Shown: positions 10,545 through 24,417 of the stretch, piece after piece | How positions within the stretch are numbered: position 1 is the stretch's first letter | Layout: each line of letters begins with the position of its first letter | Source of the DNA: Podarcis erhardii | Lineage: Eukaryota | Reading direction: 5' to 3' (one strand) | Assembly (NCBI GenBank): GCA_964252035.1 | Contig: OZ176210.1 | DNA: 64,000 nt | Made by a program: the position numbers and the translations under genes | Notes under the pieces: model-generated | What the model saw: the letters and a program-made list of their open reading frames with translations, nothing else | The model's database searches: none | Told to the model about the DNA's origin: nothing

Positions 10545-10720
10545 GAAGGTCCATAGCTTAATGGTGGAATAGATGCCTAAGTATTTAACAGGCTCAGTGG
10601 TAGAGCAGATGCTATCCATTGCAGTATGTCCCAAGCTCAATTCCTGGCATCTTGATATTGGTCTGGAAAATCACCTCTCTGAGCTTCATTGTAGACAGCA
10701 CTGAGCAACTTAATACAAAG
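10545..10720 (+). mobile_element. Decayed tRNA-derived SINE (Squam3-like)
   Basis: GCTCAGTGGTAGAGCA...CTCAATTCCTGGCATC head, similar to 31180 and 57775. Confidence 0.45.
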
Positions 10721-11348
10721 AAGTTTGCTGTGTCTTCTTCATGGAATCTACATGCGTATAGTTGGGCATGTATAGGGTTTGTGCAGAAAAGCTAATGAGC
10801 ATGTAGAGCAGGAATGTTCTACCTGTTCCGCTGTCCCCCCCCCCAATGTTGTTAGACTTCAACTTCCATAAACCCCAGACAGTATGGTCAGGGACAGAGA
10901 GTTGTAGATAGCAACAGGTTATGCATCTTTGAAACAGAGCTTCAAGCCAGCTCAGCCAGCAAGAGCTCAAATTTACCAATCCACCCATGCACTCAATCAG
11001 TAAGGTTGTGCATCTTAATGAGGCACATATAAGATAGTTCCTTGCCTTTATGCTATCCTGCTCTGATAAATGAGCTGACCATGAATATGCATATAGACAC
11101 TCATTGCCTCACCCATATAGTTACAGGAAATGAGGCAGTCCCAGTCCTAGGACAGGTGACAACAATTAAAACACAAGGCAAGGGTTTACTTTGCAGTCAT
11201 CAGGTTTGTTCACTTGGGAAGGTAATCCAGAACCAATTTGCACATTACCTTTGGTTACTTATTTCTTTCGCAAGTTGTCTACATGCCTCTAACAATGGAG
11301 CCAAGAACTCACACACTGCAGCTGCAGCACTTTCCACATCTACTAGAC

Positions 11349-11794
11349 CATGGGTAGGCAAACTAAGGCCTGGGGGACGGATCAGGCCCAATTGCCTTCT
11401 GGATCCAGCCTGTGGACGGTCCGGAAATCGCTGTGTGGATTGCCAGCATGCACGTTCATTCCCTCTCCCTCACACGGTGGCGGCGCCTCCTCCCTCCCTC
11501 CTCCTGGCTTCTCCCCACCCTGCCTAGAGGAGGAAGGAGGCTGGGCTTTGTTGGTGTCAGCAGCAGCACTCGAGCGGCTGCCATTTTAAGCAGCCCCTCT
11601 CCGGAGCCCTTTCGTGTGCTGCTCATCATCCCGCTGCCGCTGCTGGCCCCTACCGCTCGCAAGTCACAGGTAAGCAACCACCAGGGCTTGTGGTGCTCTT
11701 GCATCACCCCCCCATCCCAAAATATAGTCCGGCCTCCCACAAGGTCTGAGGAACAGTGGACCAGTCCCCTGCTGAAAAAGTTTGCTGACCCCTG
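11349..11794. mobile_element. Non-autonomous hAT (Charlie-like) element, 446 bp
   Basis: Ends CATGGGTAGGCAAACT / AGTTTGCTGACCCCTG. 8-bp TSD TACTAGAC/GACTAGAC. GC-rich interior. Confidence 0.85.
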
Positions 11795-12997
11795 GACTAG
11801 ACAGATCCATGTTGGAGTCTTTATAATTGTAGATGCCACTATAGCTGCATAGAGCATATTCCCAGCTTACACATTACACTACACATGAGTGTATGCAAAT
11901 GAAGGAAAGGGATATGGACCAGTAGACAAACTATGGATATACTTTTAATATCAAGAAAGGGACTATTTTAGGTGGGCAAATGATAAAATATAGATCCATG
12001 ACTAGTTGTTATTATTTATGGTTTGAGCATTCTGATTTGTTTTCACTGAGGTTATACATTGTCATGTCAAGCAATTGTCACCACATACATCCATGTTCCC
12101 ATCACATTTTCTTATTGTAAAAGAGCCTGATTTGGGCAGAGCAATCAGCTTTAACTGAGAGTGACCTGTTGCATGGCACCGTTCTAAGTGAAGATGTCTG
12201 GCATTGAAACTGAGGACACCCATGTGCAAAGTACATGCTCTGCCCCAAAGCTGTGGTCCAATAAAAGTCTGGCCATTTATTGAGCCATGGGAGTGCACTG
12301 TGTCTAGGTTAAGCTGGAAGGACCATTCCTTAAATGCTCTAACAGATTAGAGTCGTCAATTGAATTGAAGCTGGGGTGTGGGTCTGTATTCATTGACATC
12401 AGGACTAGGAGCGCTGGCAAGATGGAAGAAGAGAGGCAGGCAGGGACCCTAAACATAGTTGCAGCAAGACCACATGTCAGGAGACTGACAGTTGCAGGGT
12501 ATATTAGTATATTGTGGCATTTGCTGCGCAGGGCAGCTGTAGGCTAGATCCAATGGTAGTTACTGGAATTCTTTAGTTCTGTGCATGTATTTTGGTGAAA
12601 CTTGGTGAATCCCAGGGTTCTGGTAAAAAAGAAGAGAAAAGAAAAAATAGCTATCACATGCCTGGACTCGGTCCACCCTATATGTTGCTGCTTCAAAACT
12701 TTTATGGATTTCCCAACTTCCCAAGATAGTTATCAGACAGCAGCTTTCCATCTGTGGATCCAAGATCCTTCCCCTATTGAGTACCAGTTACCAAAATTCA
12801 ACATATAAAAACAGGAGCTTTCACAGATAAGAGAGAGTCACAATATTGTTTCTTTAAACAAATAATAAATTATAGGGTTTTGTTTATGATACAAGATGGG
12901 AGGAGAGAGATCATTAGCTATTAACTATCCCCTGTTTTACTAATTTCTAGTCATCATTTTAGATGCTACAATTGTGGCTATTATCATTCCCCATCCA

Positions 12998-13137
12998 NNN
13001 NNNNNNNNNNNNNNNNNNNNNNNNNNNNNNNNNNNNNNNNNNNNNNNNNNNNNNNNNNNNNNNNNNNNNNNNNNNNNNNNNNNNNNNNNNNNNNNNNNNN
13101 NNNNNNNNNNNNNNNNNNNNNNNNNNNNNNNNNNNNN
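12998..13137. other. Assembly gap (N run)
   Basis: Run of n. Confidence 1.
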
Positions 13138-13764
13138 CTTGTAGCAGCAAGCCAGATGGGAAACACAGATAAAAAGAATCCAGTTTCATAAGATTCTCTA
13201 CTCTAAAATTACAGTAGCATTCAAATTAACCTGAGATGGGGAAACATATTTTCAATACCCTGGAAAGAAGACTTTTCCCCTGAATGTAATAAACTAGGAT
13301 TAGAAGTATGCTAAATGTTTGTTATTAACCCCCAAAACACATATGCATGTGGTACACTTGACACATTCCACCTTCTATTTACCCTCATACCAGTCCTATG
13401 AATGGGATAGACTAGATTGACAGTGAATGGGCCAAAGTCACACAACAGGGATTAGAACCTGGCTTTCCTCATTCGTAGTGATCCTAAGAAGGGGTAGCTG
13501 ATGTGTAGCCCTCACCATGTCGCTGGACTACAATTCCCATCAACCAGCATGGTCAGTGGTCAGGAATGATGGCAGTTGGAACCGAGGAACATCTGGAGCC
13601 TCAAACATTAGCCAATCCTGATTTAGAAAGTTTGATGATATTACTGACACTGAATAACCAGATACTGAATTGAGCTGAGCTCAAAGGGCTGGTTTTGAGC
13701 CTGCATAGCTCAAACCTCCCATTTCTACAAGGACCACCTTTTCCTACATGAATTTCCCCACACC

Positions 13765-14026
13765 CTGATAGCTTGGTGTAGTGGTTAAGAGCGGTGGACT
13801 CGTAATCTGGTGAACCGGGTTCGCTTCCCCACTCCTCCACATGAAGCTGCTGGGTGACCTTGGGTTAGTCACACTTCTCTAAAGTCTCTCAGCCTCACTC
13901 ACCTTACAGAGTGTTTGTTGTGGGGGAGGAAGGGAAAGGAGATTGTAAGCTGCTTAGATACTCCTTCGGGTAGTGATAAAGCGGGATATCAAATTCAAAA
14001 TACTCCTCCTCCTCCTCCTCTTCTTC
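13765..14026 (+). mobile_element. tRNA-derived CORE/MIR-like SINE
   Basis: High similarity to 10183-10433. (CTC)n/(TTC)n tail. Confidence 0.85.
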
Positions 14027-15809
14027 TATTCTCTGAGAGATGTTTGGATGATGGCAACAAGACAGCAGGCCTTTTCTGGGGATTGTTCTTCAAGGAAGCT
14101 TGCCAGCTGCCACCACCACCTTTTTAGCACCAGGCAAAGCTGTATATGGGCATTGATAATGATCTGGCAATCAATGGTTACTTTTTGGTGTTTGAGGGCA
14201 GGGGTGGACATCTTGGTTTAAAGCTATTGTGTATAAGAGTACTTTTAGTATATTTTCAATGTTTTTCTGGTTACACTGCCTTAGATTGTATTTTAGGCCA
14301 CAATCCTAGCCTCACTTACCTGGGAGTAAACCCTAATGGAACCCATAAGACTTATTTCCGAGCAGATGTGCCAATGGTACTATGTGCCATGTGCCAATAG
14401 TATTTTAATTCTCTTTTTGTAAGTTGCTTCAGGACTTCCTTTGCTTGTGGGAAGTGTTGAATAAATTTAATAAACTAAATTAAATCATATTGCTGGATGG
14501 CATAATTTGAATTGCATCATGTTGCTGGAGGGCAGAAACTGGTCCTTGCAATACAATACCCTTGCTGCCACTTGCTTGACTTGTAGAAAATGGGAGAATG
14601 GCAATGGTGTTCTTTCTACTAAGACGAGTGGGGATGTTAGCATTGAAAAGTTTCATTTCCTGGAATCTCATGTATCTCCAGGGAGCATGGCATCTATTCA
14701 GAATAAGGACCAGTATGGTGGTTTGTACAGATTTTTTTGAGTGTTGAATCCTGTTAACAAATATCTGGGTCAATTAAATCATAATGAGAATATAGCAAAC
14801 TGCAGGGGGGTGAATTTTGAATTGGTGGGTGGTATAGGAATGTTAAAAACATAGTAGTGGGAATGCAACTTATTTCAGAAAGCCTCTGTAATCCAGATTT
14901 ATTTTTGAAGCTGACAATAGCCTCCATGTATGTGTCTATTTCCACCACTCTGCCAATGACAACCATCCAGCTCTGAGAGCAGCAAACTTGGAAGTACAGT
15001 AACCACAGGACAGGATAGGATACCATATTTGTATTGCCTAAATAACATGTCTGTTGAGGACATGGCAATTAACAGCTGCAATTTCCAGGCATTTCTGAGC
15101 TTGACTGAACATGGAAAGCCCTTAGCACAACATTTTTCAAAAAAATAATTTACTATAACACTTGCTTGACATGGGTCTCATGGCTGAGCTCCTCATAAAT
15201 TTTCTCATTCAGTCATCAACCCTGCAAGATAAGCTCCTGTTATTTCTCCCGTATTACAGAAGGCAGGCTGACGCTAAGAGATAGAATTTTCCAAAAGCCA
15301 CCCAGTGAGTTTCATGGCCAAAGGCCAACCTAGATGTGATGTTAAATGTGTCTTTGCATTAACATGCGGTATTTCTTTTTAACACAAATAAGAGATGCAG
15401 GGAGCAGGGAGGCTTCTGATAATTATCAGGACTGCAGCAGGTGCAAAGGGAGAGTTTAACCCTTCATCCCCTACTGTAGTTTTGACGCAAATCACTCCTC
15501 CCTGGCTCATCAGTACTGTACTCTGCTTTGTACAGGTTTGTAACTGAAATAACTTTCTGTGGTTACCTATGTTGCACATAATGTTGAATTAAAATAATAA
15601 CAAAAAAATACCAAAAAAGGAGCTCTTTGCAATGGAAAGAAAGCAACTTTGGCCCTAAGTGGAGATATGACCTAGGAGATTTCCTTTCCACTTTTATTCA
15701 TTCATGTGAACCAATCAACATACATCTATTAGCAGAGGTCAACAGAGTTTTGCTTCCAGTCTTATTATTCATATATCCAAGCAGGGCTCAGAATCTTTGA
15801 GAGATAAAC

Positions 15810-16151
15810 CAGACCCTCCAACTGTCCCTATTTTCCAGGAACGTTCCTGATTTAGAGAACCTTTCCTGGTTTCTGATCTGATCCTGGAATGTCCCACTTT
15901 TCCTTAGGAGGTCCCTATTTTCATGGAAGAAATGTTGGAGGGTATGGAGTTATCAGACCCCCGAGCCATCTGAAGGCAATCCTGTATAGAGATTTTTAAA
16001 AAGTGTTTAAAGTTTTGTTATGTTTTTATAAATGTTAGAAGCTGCCCATAGTGGCTGGGGCAACCTAGTAAGATGTGTGGGGCATAAATAGTAAAATTAT
16101 CATCATGGAATGGGACGTCCCTATTTTCATTGGAGAAATGTTGGATGGTAT
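15810..16151 (+). mobile_element. Non-autonomous hAT-type element
   Basis: Ends CAGACCCTCCAA / TTGGATGGTAT. Perfect 8-bp TSD AGATAAAC (15802-09, 16152-59). Confidence 0.8.
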
Positions 16152-18055
16152 AGATAAACTATTGCATGATTATCATGGAATTCAGGCCTTTGTGTATTGC
16201 CTTGGCATTTCTCTATTGATGCACGGAAAGTAATTAGGAGATTTTCTCCTAGTAAGGTAACAGCACCACAGTTTAATACATTTAATAGTATTCATTGTTA
16301 GGGAAGTGAGCCAAACGTTGAGTAGTAGCAAAACGTCCATCATTATGACAAACAGAAACATGTAGTCAGTGTATGCGCAGAATGCATATGCATTGAATGG
16401 TTGATGGAGAATGGATCACTCTGTGTCAAGAAGGTAGACAGCTGAAGCAGGAGATCCACTGCATAAGCACATATGTTCTCCTTTTGATGATTTTTCAGAG
16501 GGAAATGCTTTCTGCTCTCACTCTGAATGGCTTTTGTGACCTCATAATGTAGTCAAATCCCTATACTGCTAATGGTGTTTATCCATCAGAATTAGGTCAC
16601 AAAGCATTGTCCTCCCTCTAGATTGGCTTTGTAGTATTGGCTTCTTGGCATCATGATGTTCATACATATTCTCTGACTACCTGTATTCACCTTAGCATGG
16701 AATATTTTATCCCCTCAAGCCCCACCTTATAGTTGAACAGGAAGAATGAATAGCAGTCACACACATATTAAAGGAACACAGAGGCAGGGTACAAAAACAT
16801 CCCTGTCATCCCCAGTGATTAATAGTCAAGCCTGCTCTTGCTGCATGGCCTAATCCTAGGATCTGCATCTTATGCAAGAGTGTGATGGAAAGCTGAGTGG
16901 GAGGTAATGTCAGGAGCTGGCTTTTATCTTAAATATATATTTGCAAATTGGGAGCCCATGGGGATTCGCAGCAAGAGACACACTTTTGATAAATCTTTCC
17001 TACATAATGTAGTTACATGAGATGGTTGAGTTTTGAAGCTAGATAGTTGGTTCCTGCACACCTAACTCTGAATAGTAGCACTTATAACATGAGTCCAAAA
17101 CCTAGATAGTACATTCGTATGGTGGGAGATGGAGGTGGGAATACAGGTCAGAGGATGTATTCCTCGTGGTAGAGAGGCGCTTCAAATGACCATCATTTCA
17201 TACTTGATTTTCAGTTATTTGAAAATAACAGAGTTCTGGCCCACTGCAGCTTTCAAAAGGCCAGAGAGGGGTGATTCAATTAGCACCAGATGAAGCATTG
17301 TTCCACCTATTCCAATTAAAAGTAAATTCCTTCCCAAAAGATTTCCTTACTTCAGAGTATCAGAGACCTTAAAGGCTTATATCATCTTGAACTGGAGGGG
17401 ATATGATCAAGGGTTCCATACTTCCATTAACCCTAATTACACTGCCAGGATACAATAAGATGGCTGTATGGAAGGGCAGAGCATCCTCTTCCCAAACCAT
17501 ATTATAAAACTGTTCCATCCTGTTTCTCCATTAATCTCTCGCTGTGCGTTTGTATCCATATGAAAAATTGTATTCAAACAGATGTTTCATTCACACTTAA
17601 TTTCATATTTTATCACTGTATATATATTGTACAGTATATATATATTGTACATATTTGTATTTTCTTAATGTACTTTATCCCAAAATACACATTTTTCAAT
17701 GCATGTATTGAAGGAGGGAAAATTAAGGTCAGTTCTCTTAAAAAATATGGACCAAACAAAACCCTCCTCGACCTCTAGTTGTTAAAGAGGTTGATCAAGC
17801 CAAAACTCCTGCTCAGCTGCCTCCAACAATCTTTACCTCCTGGAGTGCAATGACCCTTCTCAGCCCTTATCTGGCCTTTTCTTATTTTTAAAAAAAACCT
17901 TTTTGCATACCTGGGATTGCATCCTGTGAATGTGCAAGCAGAAGGCAGCTTGCAAAACCAACCTTTCCCTTCCTGTTCACCCTCTTGCTTCCCTCTGTAT
18001 CCTCGACAAAAGTCTCTCTGGAGGGTTGCTACCCTTCCAGAAGATCCTTCTGTCC

Positions 18056-18215
18056 TAGAATCATAGAATCATAGAGTTGGAAGAGACCACAAGGGCCATC
18101 GAGTCCAACCCCCTGCCAAGCAGGAAACACCATCAGAGCACTCCTGACATATGGTTGTCAAGCCTCTGCTTAAAGACCTCCAAAGAAGGAGACTCCACCA
18201 CACTCCTTGGCAGCA
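18056..18215 (-). mobile_element. CR1 extreme 3' fragment
   Basis: Near-identical to the tails of the copies at 3777 and 48420. Confidence 0.95.
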
Positions 18216-20112
18216 TAGAAATTTCAGGGGATTCCTTCCTTGCACTGCATTGTTCAGGATGGAGGACCAACATGACCCTCTGGAAAGGCTTCTGAGGGTG
18301 TGTCCTGCAGAGCGAGAAGAGTTGGGGAAGATTGGCTGGGCAAGCTGACTCTCACTTCTGCAACTGCTGGATACAATCGTATTTTTGCAACCCTTCGGTA
18401 CAACAAGCAGAAGACTAACAAGAGACCCCTTGATGCAGAGATCACCTTGACCTGAGCCTCCTGTTTTAATTGCTCTTCTCTTTTAATGTGATTCTGTTAT
18501 GTTATAGTTCAATTATGAACACTTGTAATTTAAAGTTTAAATGGGGTTGTTGTATATCATATCGTAATTACAGTGCATTTTTAATTAGTATGCATTTTAA
18601 TAATGTTGTGCAATTGAGAGTTTTAAAATATATATATATTGTAAACCACTTAGTCATCCTCTAGGCATTAAGTGGTGTGTATATATAATAATCAGTAATA
18701 AAAATTATTGCATAGCTCTTTTTTGCCATCCTGCTGGAAGGTACAGGGTGACCAAGTTGGCTATTAGGGATCATAACTTAGAACCCAACATATAATATGA
18801 ATGCCTACTCCATCCTGCACTTTGTAAAAGGATGGGACATATTTCTTCATCAATAATTTATTTCAGTACACTCCGAAAAGTACTTACAGCTCTATTGTGC
18901 AGTGTTACCCTGTTGATATACTCCTCCTCCAGGCCAAGGGCCTCACATCTTTGTAAGTTGCAGAGTGGCTGTCAAACAAATTACAGCAAAGTGGTTCTTA
19001 TCAGGCTCTTGGTGGATTTTAACAGGCATGCAACACCATCTGACCCATCTGATTTCCTTTGAATTTAAAAACGGAGCTTATTCTTCTTGTGCCAAATGTA
19101 AATAATTGTGCTTCCATTTCCCATCCAGAGAATCTGACTAGTTCAAAAGCATTTCAGCAAATCTTATCTGCCTCATATCCTGCTGACTGGCACAGTCCTG
19201 GACTTCAGCCTGAAAGCCAAAAATGTTTTGGCTCCAAAACGCAATAGGAAAGAAACAACAAAGAAAACTGGGAAAGTCTTAGTGACTTATAATGGAAGTG
19301 CTGAAAACTGTAGGGATTGTTATGTTTATTTGGTTTTTCATTGAAGTATTGTGGGCTGCCATTTTCTATTAATTTTTTTCCAGGAAATCTTTTTGGAGGA
19401 TTGGAAGAAGTTCGTTCTTCTAAAAGTGTATTTATATCGGCCTCGTTCTTCTAAAAGTGTATATATATCGGCCTCTATTTGATTCTTCGTTCCTCCTTAA
19501 TGAAGTGGTTTTCCAAGTTTTCTGCCCGAAGGGAAAACTTTCCACCCTGACACATCTGCCTGTTGGAGCTCACTGCTGTCTTGTGTAAGCTGAAAGTGGG
19601 ATCTAGAACTCATCCAACATTTGGAAGGAAAGATCAGTGACAGACATTCAAAAAGGCTTGTTCTCAGCTGTTGATCTACTCTTTAAGGAACCTTTAATAA
19701 GCTTCTAAAAGTTGCCTAGAACATAATTTGAAAACACTGCCTCAATGCCAGAAGCTTTCTGGGCTGCAGAAGAATGTAGTTATTCTCCATAAGAGATGAA
19801 AGCCAGGGGAAAGTCAAGGATTTAGTATTCTCAAGCAGCTAAATGATCCAGCAGGAACAGTGCCGAGTTCATAAAATGTAGCACATTCTGGCTGTTATTG
19901 CTGGCCGGGAAGCTAATATGCTCATGTATAGCAAACAATGGCACAAAACAAAAAGTGTCTTTGATAGTACATTGATTCTTAAAGCAATACCTATGAATCA
20001 TTGTATGAAGTCTGTGGAGGATATCCTGAATTTTAAAGAGTGCAAGCTTTATGGAAGGAAGGAAAGGAAAACAAAATACCATAATTTGGAGAAGAAAAGC
20101 AGTCACTTACGG

Positions 20113-20257
20113 GTCACGTCCACACAATACATTTAAAGCACATGGCTTGTCCCAGAGACTCCAGGGAACTGTAGTTTAGCCCACGCAGAGCTATAATTCT
20201 CAGCACCCTTAACAAACTGCAGTTCCCAAGATTCTTTGGAGAAAGCCATATGTTTTC
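20113..20257. mobile_element. Partial palindromic MITE abutting a Sauria SINE
   Basis: GGGAACTGTAGTTT...AAACTGCAGTTCCC inverted arms. The second terminus is not visible. Confidence 0.5.
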
Positions 20258-20259
20258 AT

Positions 20260-20619
20260 AAAGGTAAAGGATCCCTGACAGTTAAGTCCAGTCGCGAACG
20301 ACTCTGGGGTTGTGGTGCTCAAGTTGCTCTATAGGCCGAGGGAGCTGGTGTTTGTCCGCAGACAGCTTCCGGGTCACGTGGCCAGCAGGACTAAGCCACT
20401 TCTGGCGAACCAGAGCAGCGCACGGAAACGCCGTTTATGTTCCCACCGGAGCGCTACCTATTTATCTACTTGAACTTTGACATGCTTTCGCACTGCTAGG
20501 TGGGCAGGAGCTGGGACAGAGCAACAGGAGCTCACCCCGTCACAGGGATTCAAACCTCCGACCTTCTGATTGGCAAGCTCTAGGCTCTGTGGTTTAGACC
20601 ACAGCACCACCCGTGTCCC
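20260..20619 (-). mobile_element. Sauria SINE
   Basis: Full head-to-tail match to the other copies. AAAGGTAAAGG tail. Confidence 0.92.
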
Positions 20620-21130
20620 TAACCCAACCAAACCCACCCTAATTCAGTGGTGAGTTTGCCATCCTAATCTGTAACCCTTCTTTCACCATGGCTTGGGCAC
20701 TCTGATTATATTTATTAATATATAAATAAACTATACCCCACCTGAAAGATCCTAGGGAATATGAACAAGAAACATAAGAACAATATAAAGTACACAGAAG
20801 CTAAAGGCATATGTGCGCTTAAAAAAACTTGGCAGTAAATCATTAAGACAGAAGTAGAGACATTGGTGGTGATGAGTATACCTCCTATTTGCCAAGTCAC
20901 AAGAGCCTGGGTAAAGAAAAATGATTTCTTTGTTGAAACCAAAGAATGCAAGAGACACACACACCTCCAAGGAGCAATGATTTTGTGTGCCCCCTCATCC
21001 AATTCCTAGTGGGGACCATGAGGACAGCCTGCCTCCCACCAATTTTAAGGAACCCACTCATATTACAGGAGGAAATCCTGAAAATATCTGGGCCCTGGGC
21101 TATTTAGGGCTTTATAAGCCATTGCTAGCA

Positions 21131-21518
21131 GGGACGCAGGTAGTGCTGTGGTCTAAACCACTGAGCCTCTTGGGCTTGCCGATCGGTTGACAGTTCAAAT
21201 CCCTGTGATGGAGTGAGCTCCCGTTACTCGGTCCCAGCTCCTGCCAACCTAGCAATTCAAAAACACGCCCCAAAAGTGCAAGTAGATAAATAGGTACCAC
21301 TCCGGCGGGAAGGTAAATGGCGTTTCCGTGCGCTGCTCTAGTTTTGGTGTTCCATAGAGCCAGAAGCAGCTTAGTCATGCTGGCCACGACCCAGAAAAAC
21401 TGTCTGCGGACAAACGCCGGCTCCCTCAACCTGTAAAGCAAGATGAGCGCAGCAACCCCAGAGTCGTCTGTGACTGCACTTAACTCTCAGGGGTTCTTTA
21501 CCTTTACCTTTACCTTTT
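21131..21518 (+). mobile_element. Sauria SINE
   Basis: GGGACGC head, (TACCTT)n tail, 13-bp TSD TAAGCCATTGCTA (21115-27, 21519-31). Confidence 0.95.
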
Positions 21519-22469
21519 TAAGCCATTGCTAAGAAACATCTTGAATTAAGTCTGGTAGTGCCCAGAAAGCCTGTCAAGAATATTCAAGGTAAGTACTACA
21601 CAATCCCGTTTTGCTTCTGGTAGCCCCATTTTATGCTAGCTGCTGCTTCTAGACCATTATCGAGGGTAGTCCCACACAGAGCACATTACAAAAATCAACC
21701 ATGGGTTACTGATAGCAGGCTATCCAAGCCTAGGAATAGCTGTAGCTAGAAATAGGCAATTGTTGACACCAAAGCCACCTGGGGCTCTAGTGTAAACTGT
21801 GAATCAATTAGTATGTACCTGTTCTGTTGGGGAAGTGCTACCTCATCCAAAACAGCCCACCTTCCCAGTTCCCAGAAAAGCCCATCCGCTGCAGAAGTGG
21901 TGTTCCTTCTATATCCGAAATATGACTGAATGAAAAATGCATGCACAACATTTCCCCAGCATTCATAAAACTCTTGAGTACAAGCTCATTCCCCACAGAT
22001 AAGTCTAACATATATGACTATGGGTTATCTATGACCTTCAAATAAATATATATATATACTTGTGGCTGTTCTCCAAGAGCAGTTCCTCCAATCCATGCCC
22101 TTCCTGGTATGCTGACTGCTGTTGTTTTTAGAGAGTCACAGAATTATTTCATTTTGTTTCAACAAACGTTCCCTATTATGCCTTTTCTAAATAAGCAGCT
22201 TCCTGTTACAGCCCTACAGCGCAGCATGCTTCCGACTATTTTGAAGAGCCTCAAAAGGAAAGGAAATATGTAAGGCTCTGAAGCAAGTCCCCTGTATTAC
22301 GGAATAGATTTGAACAGGAGGACAAATACCACGACTCTCAACAATTATGCTCTGCAATGCTCATGATAGCAAACTGAGCAACTAAGCTTTATAACTCCTC
22401 TAGTCATAAGACAAAAGTGCATGTGATTATTCAGGAATGGTCTAATAAACGTTATTGTTTGTATTGCTG

Positions 22470-22547
22470 TATTGTTTTTAACACTTGATTGGAAGCCGCC
22501 CAGAGTGGCTGGGGAAACTCAGCCAGATGGGTGGGGTATAAATAATA

Positions 22548-22599
<52 letters not shown>
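22470..22599 (+). mobile_element. L2-type 3' tail with (TAT)n
   Basis: GAAGCCGCCCAGAGTGGCTGGGG...GGGGTATAAAT followed by a TAT run. Same tail as 40779-41166. Confidence 0.75.
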
Positions 22600-24282
22600 G
22601 GATTTTGAGTGCATAGTTTCACAGATACACAAGGGAAGCATGAATGTTACCACCCTGGGTTTCTTTGGGAGAAAGGGTGGAATATGAATTCAGTAAATAA
22701 TAATCAATAATACTATGGGAATTCTGGTTTCTAAAGACAGGTAACCATTTTCTGTGCATGCTCCCTTAAAAATACAACCCTCTCCAGGCATTCTTAATTT
22801 GTATGTTTGGAGTGATGGAGGCTACCTGTGCTCCTGACCTTTCAGTGTTGAGTGAGGAAGTCTAAAGGACTATACATGTTTGACTGAATGTGCTTACTAT
22901 GCTTTTTGGCATAAGGAAACACGATCCGGATCAACCATGCCCAAATGCCTGGCACAGGCCAAGTCCCCCCTCTCATTTTTCACCCAGAATACCTTCTTTC
23001 CACACTGAATCTTCCCCCCCCCCCAGTGTGGAATACATCATCCCAACCTTCGAAAGGAACTAAAAATTATCAGAAATAGTAGTAATTCACTGTTCTTGCC
23101 ATTCACCATTTGATTATCTTCTCATACATACAATGATAGATGGGTACCCGCTCCTTGTGCTGAGACAGAAAATTGCCCCTTTACTTCTCATCCAAGAAGG
23201 GAGTCCATCCTTTGAAGGATTTTATTTCAAGAAAGTATGTTATAGGGAAGGAGAAGCCTGTGGGCACAGCACCCTTCGAAACACAATAAACATGAACTCT
23301 TCAAGTGGGAATGTAAAATGTATTCTGCTGAAGCCTTTGGCCTTATCAACTGCAGCGTAGTATATAACAAGGTCATTAGTAACAAGCCCCACACAATGGA
23401 GAACATACATCAGCAGCAGAAAAGCAAACATTGGTCCAAAACATCACAATAACTTCCTGTACCTGTTCTTGTTTGCTTGCTGAGCTCTCAAACATTGTGA
23501 GTCTCTGAAATACATAAAAGCGTAACAGCTTGAGTCAATATTTGCTAACCAAAGTGAACGATTTTATTTAGCACGATGACTGGACCTACTGAACAAATAC
23601 ATTATTTTGTATGCCAGCATAACAAGCAGAGGCCAGCCTGCAAAAACAACCGGCGTTGTTGAGCCATTTACGGCATATGGTTGTATCTGGGAAAAGCTAT
23701 TGACTGTTGCAAACGTACACACACCAGGAAGAGATAGAAACTTAAGTGAATCATTTTCTGCTTCTGCCTATAGTTCTGTTAAAAGATTGTGGGGTGCCTG
23801 GACCCCCCTTCTAATTCTGGGGTGCCAGGCATTGAATTTAGCATGTTAAAATATAAACCATGTTTGTTTGTTTTTAAAAAAAGCCAGGCTTGCTTCCAGG
23901 TGAAGTAATTACCAGTAAAAGAGCTCAAAAGACAGAGTGATGGTCTGGCAAAGATTTCTGCCGGACACAGGGGGGTGGAGCTCTGCCCTGGGCTCTGGGT
24001 AGTTAGCAAAAGACAATGCAGAGTTGGGAGGGAGGAGTTTCAGAATTGCAGTGGGCTGATGCAAGCGAGAGAGAAATAGTTGTGTTTTTGCAAGCAGTTT
24101 ACAAGCTGCAGGGAAGCAGAGTCAGAACACCGTGGGGCCCGGCAATATTTGATCCAACATTGTAGCCATGAGAGAGAGGAAACATGCTTTGAACCCCTCC
24201 TAATTTCACACCGCTTGGAGCCTGGGTTGACGTGTAATAGTTCCTTCTATGATAAAGTCAACCTGATGCTATATTACTCTAG

Positions 24283-24417
24283 TAGGGTTGCCATATGTCC
24301 TCTTTTTCCAGGACATGTCCTCTTTTTCATGGGTAGAGCCATCATAGCAATTCATAGTTAAAAGTAAAAGTCGGCAAATGTGTCCTCTTTTTTGCTCTTC
24401 ACAATATGGCAACCCTA
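24283..24417. mobile_element. MITE with TAGGGTTGCCATAT TIRs (hAT-Tip100-like)
   Basis: TAGGGTTGCCATAT / ATATGGCAACCCTA perfect 14-bp TIR. No TSD recognised. Confidence 0.7.

Noticed and set aside
14480-15110. Possible endogenous viral or decayed CR1 coding region
   Set aside because: Isolated motif-like snippets are in an inconsistent order, and no coherent protein emerges in any frame.
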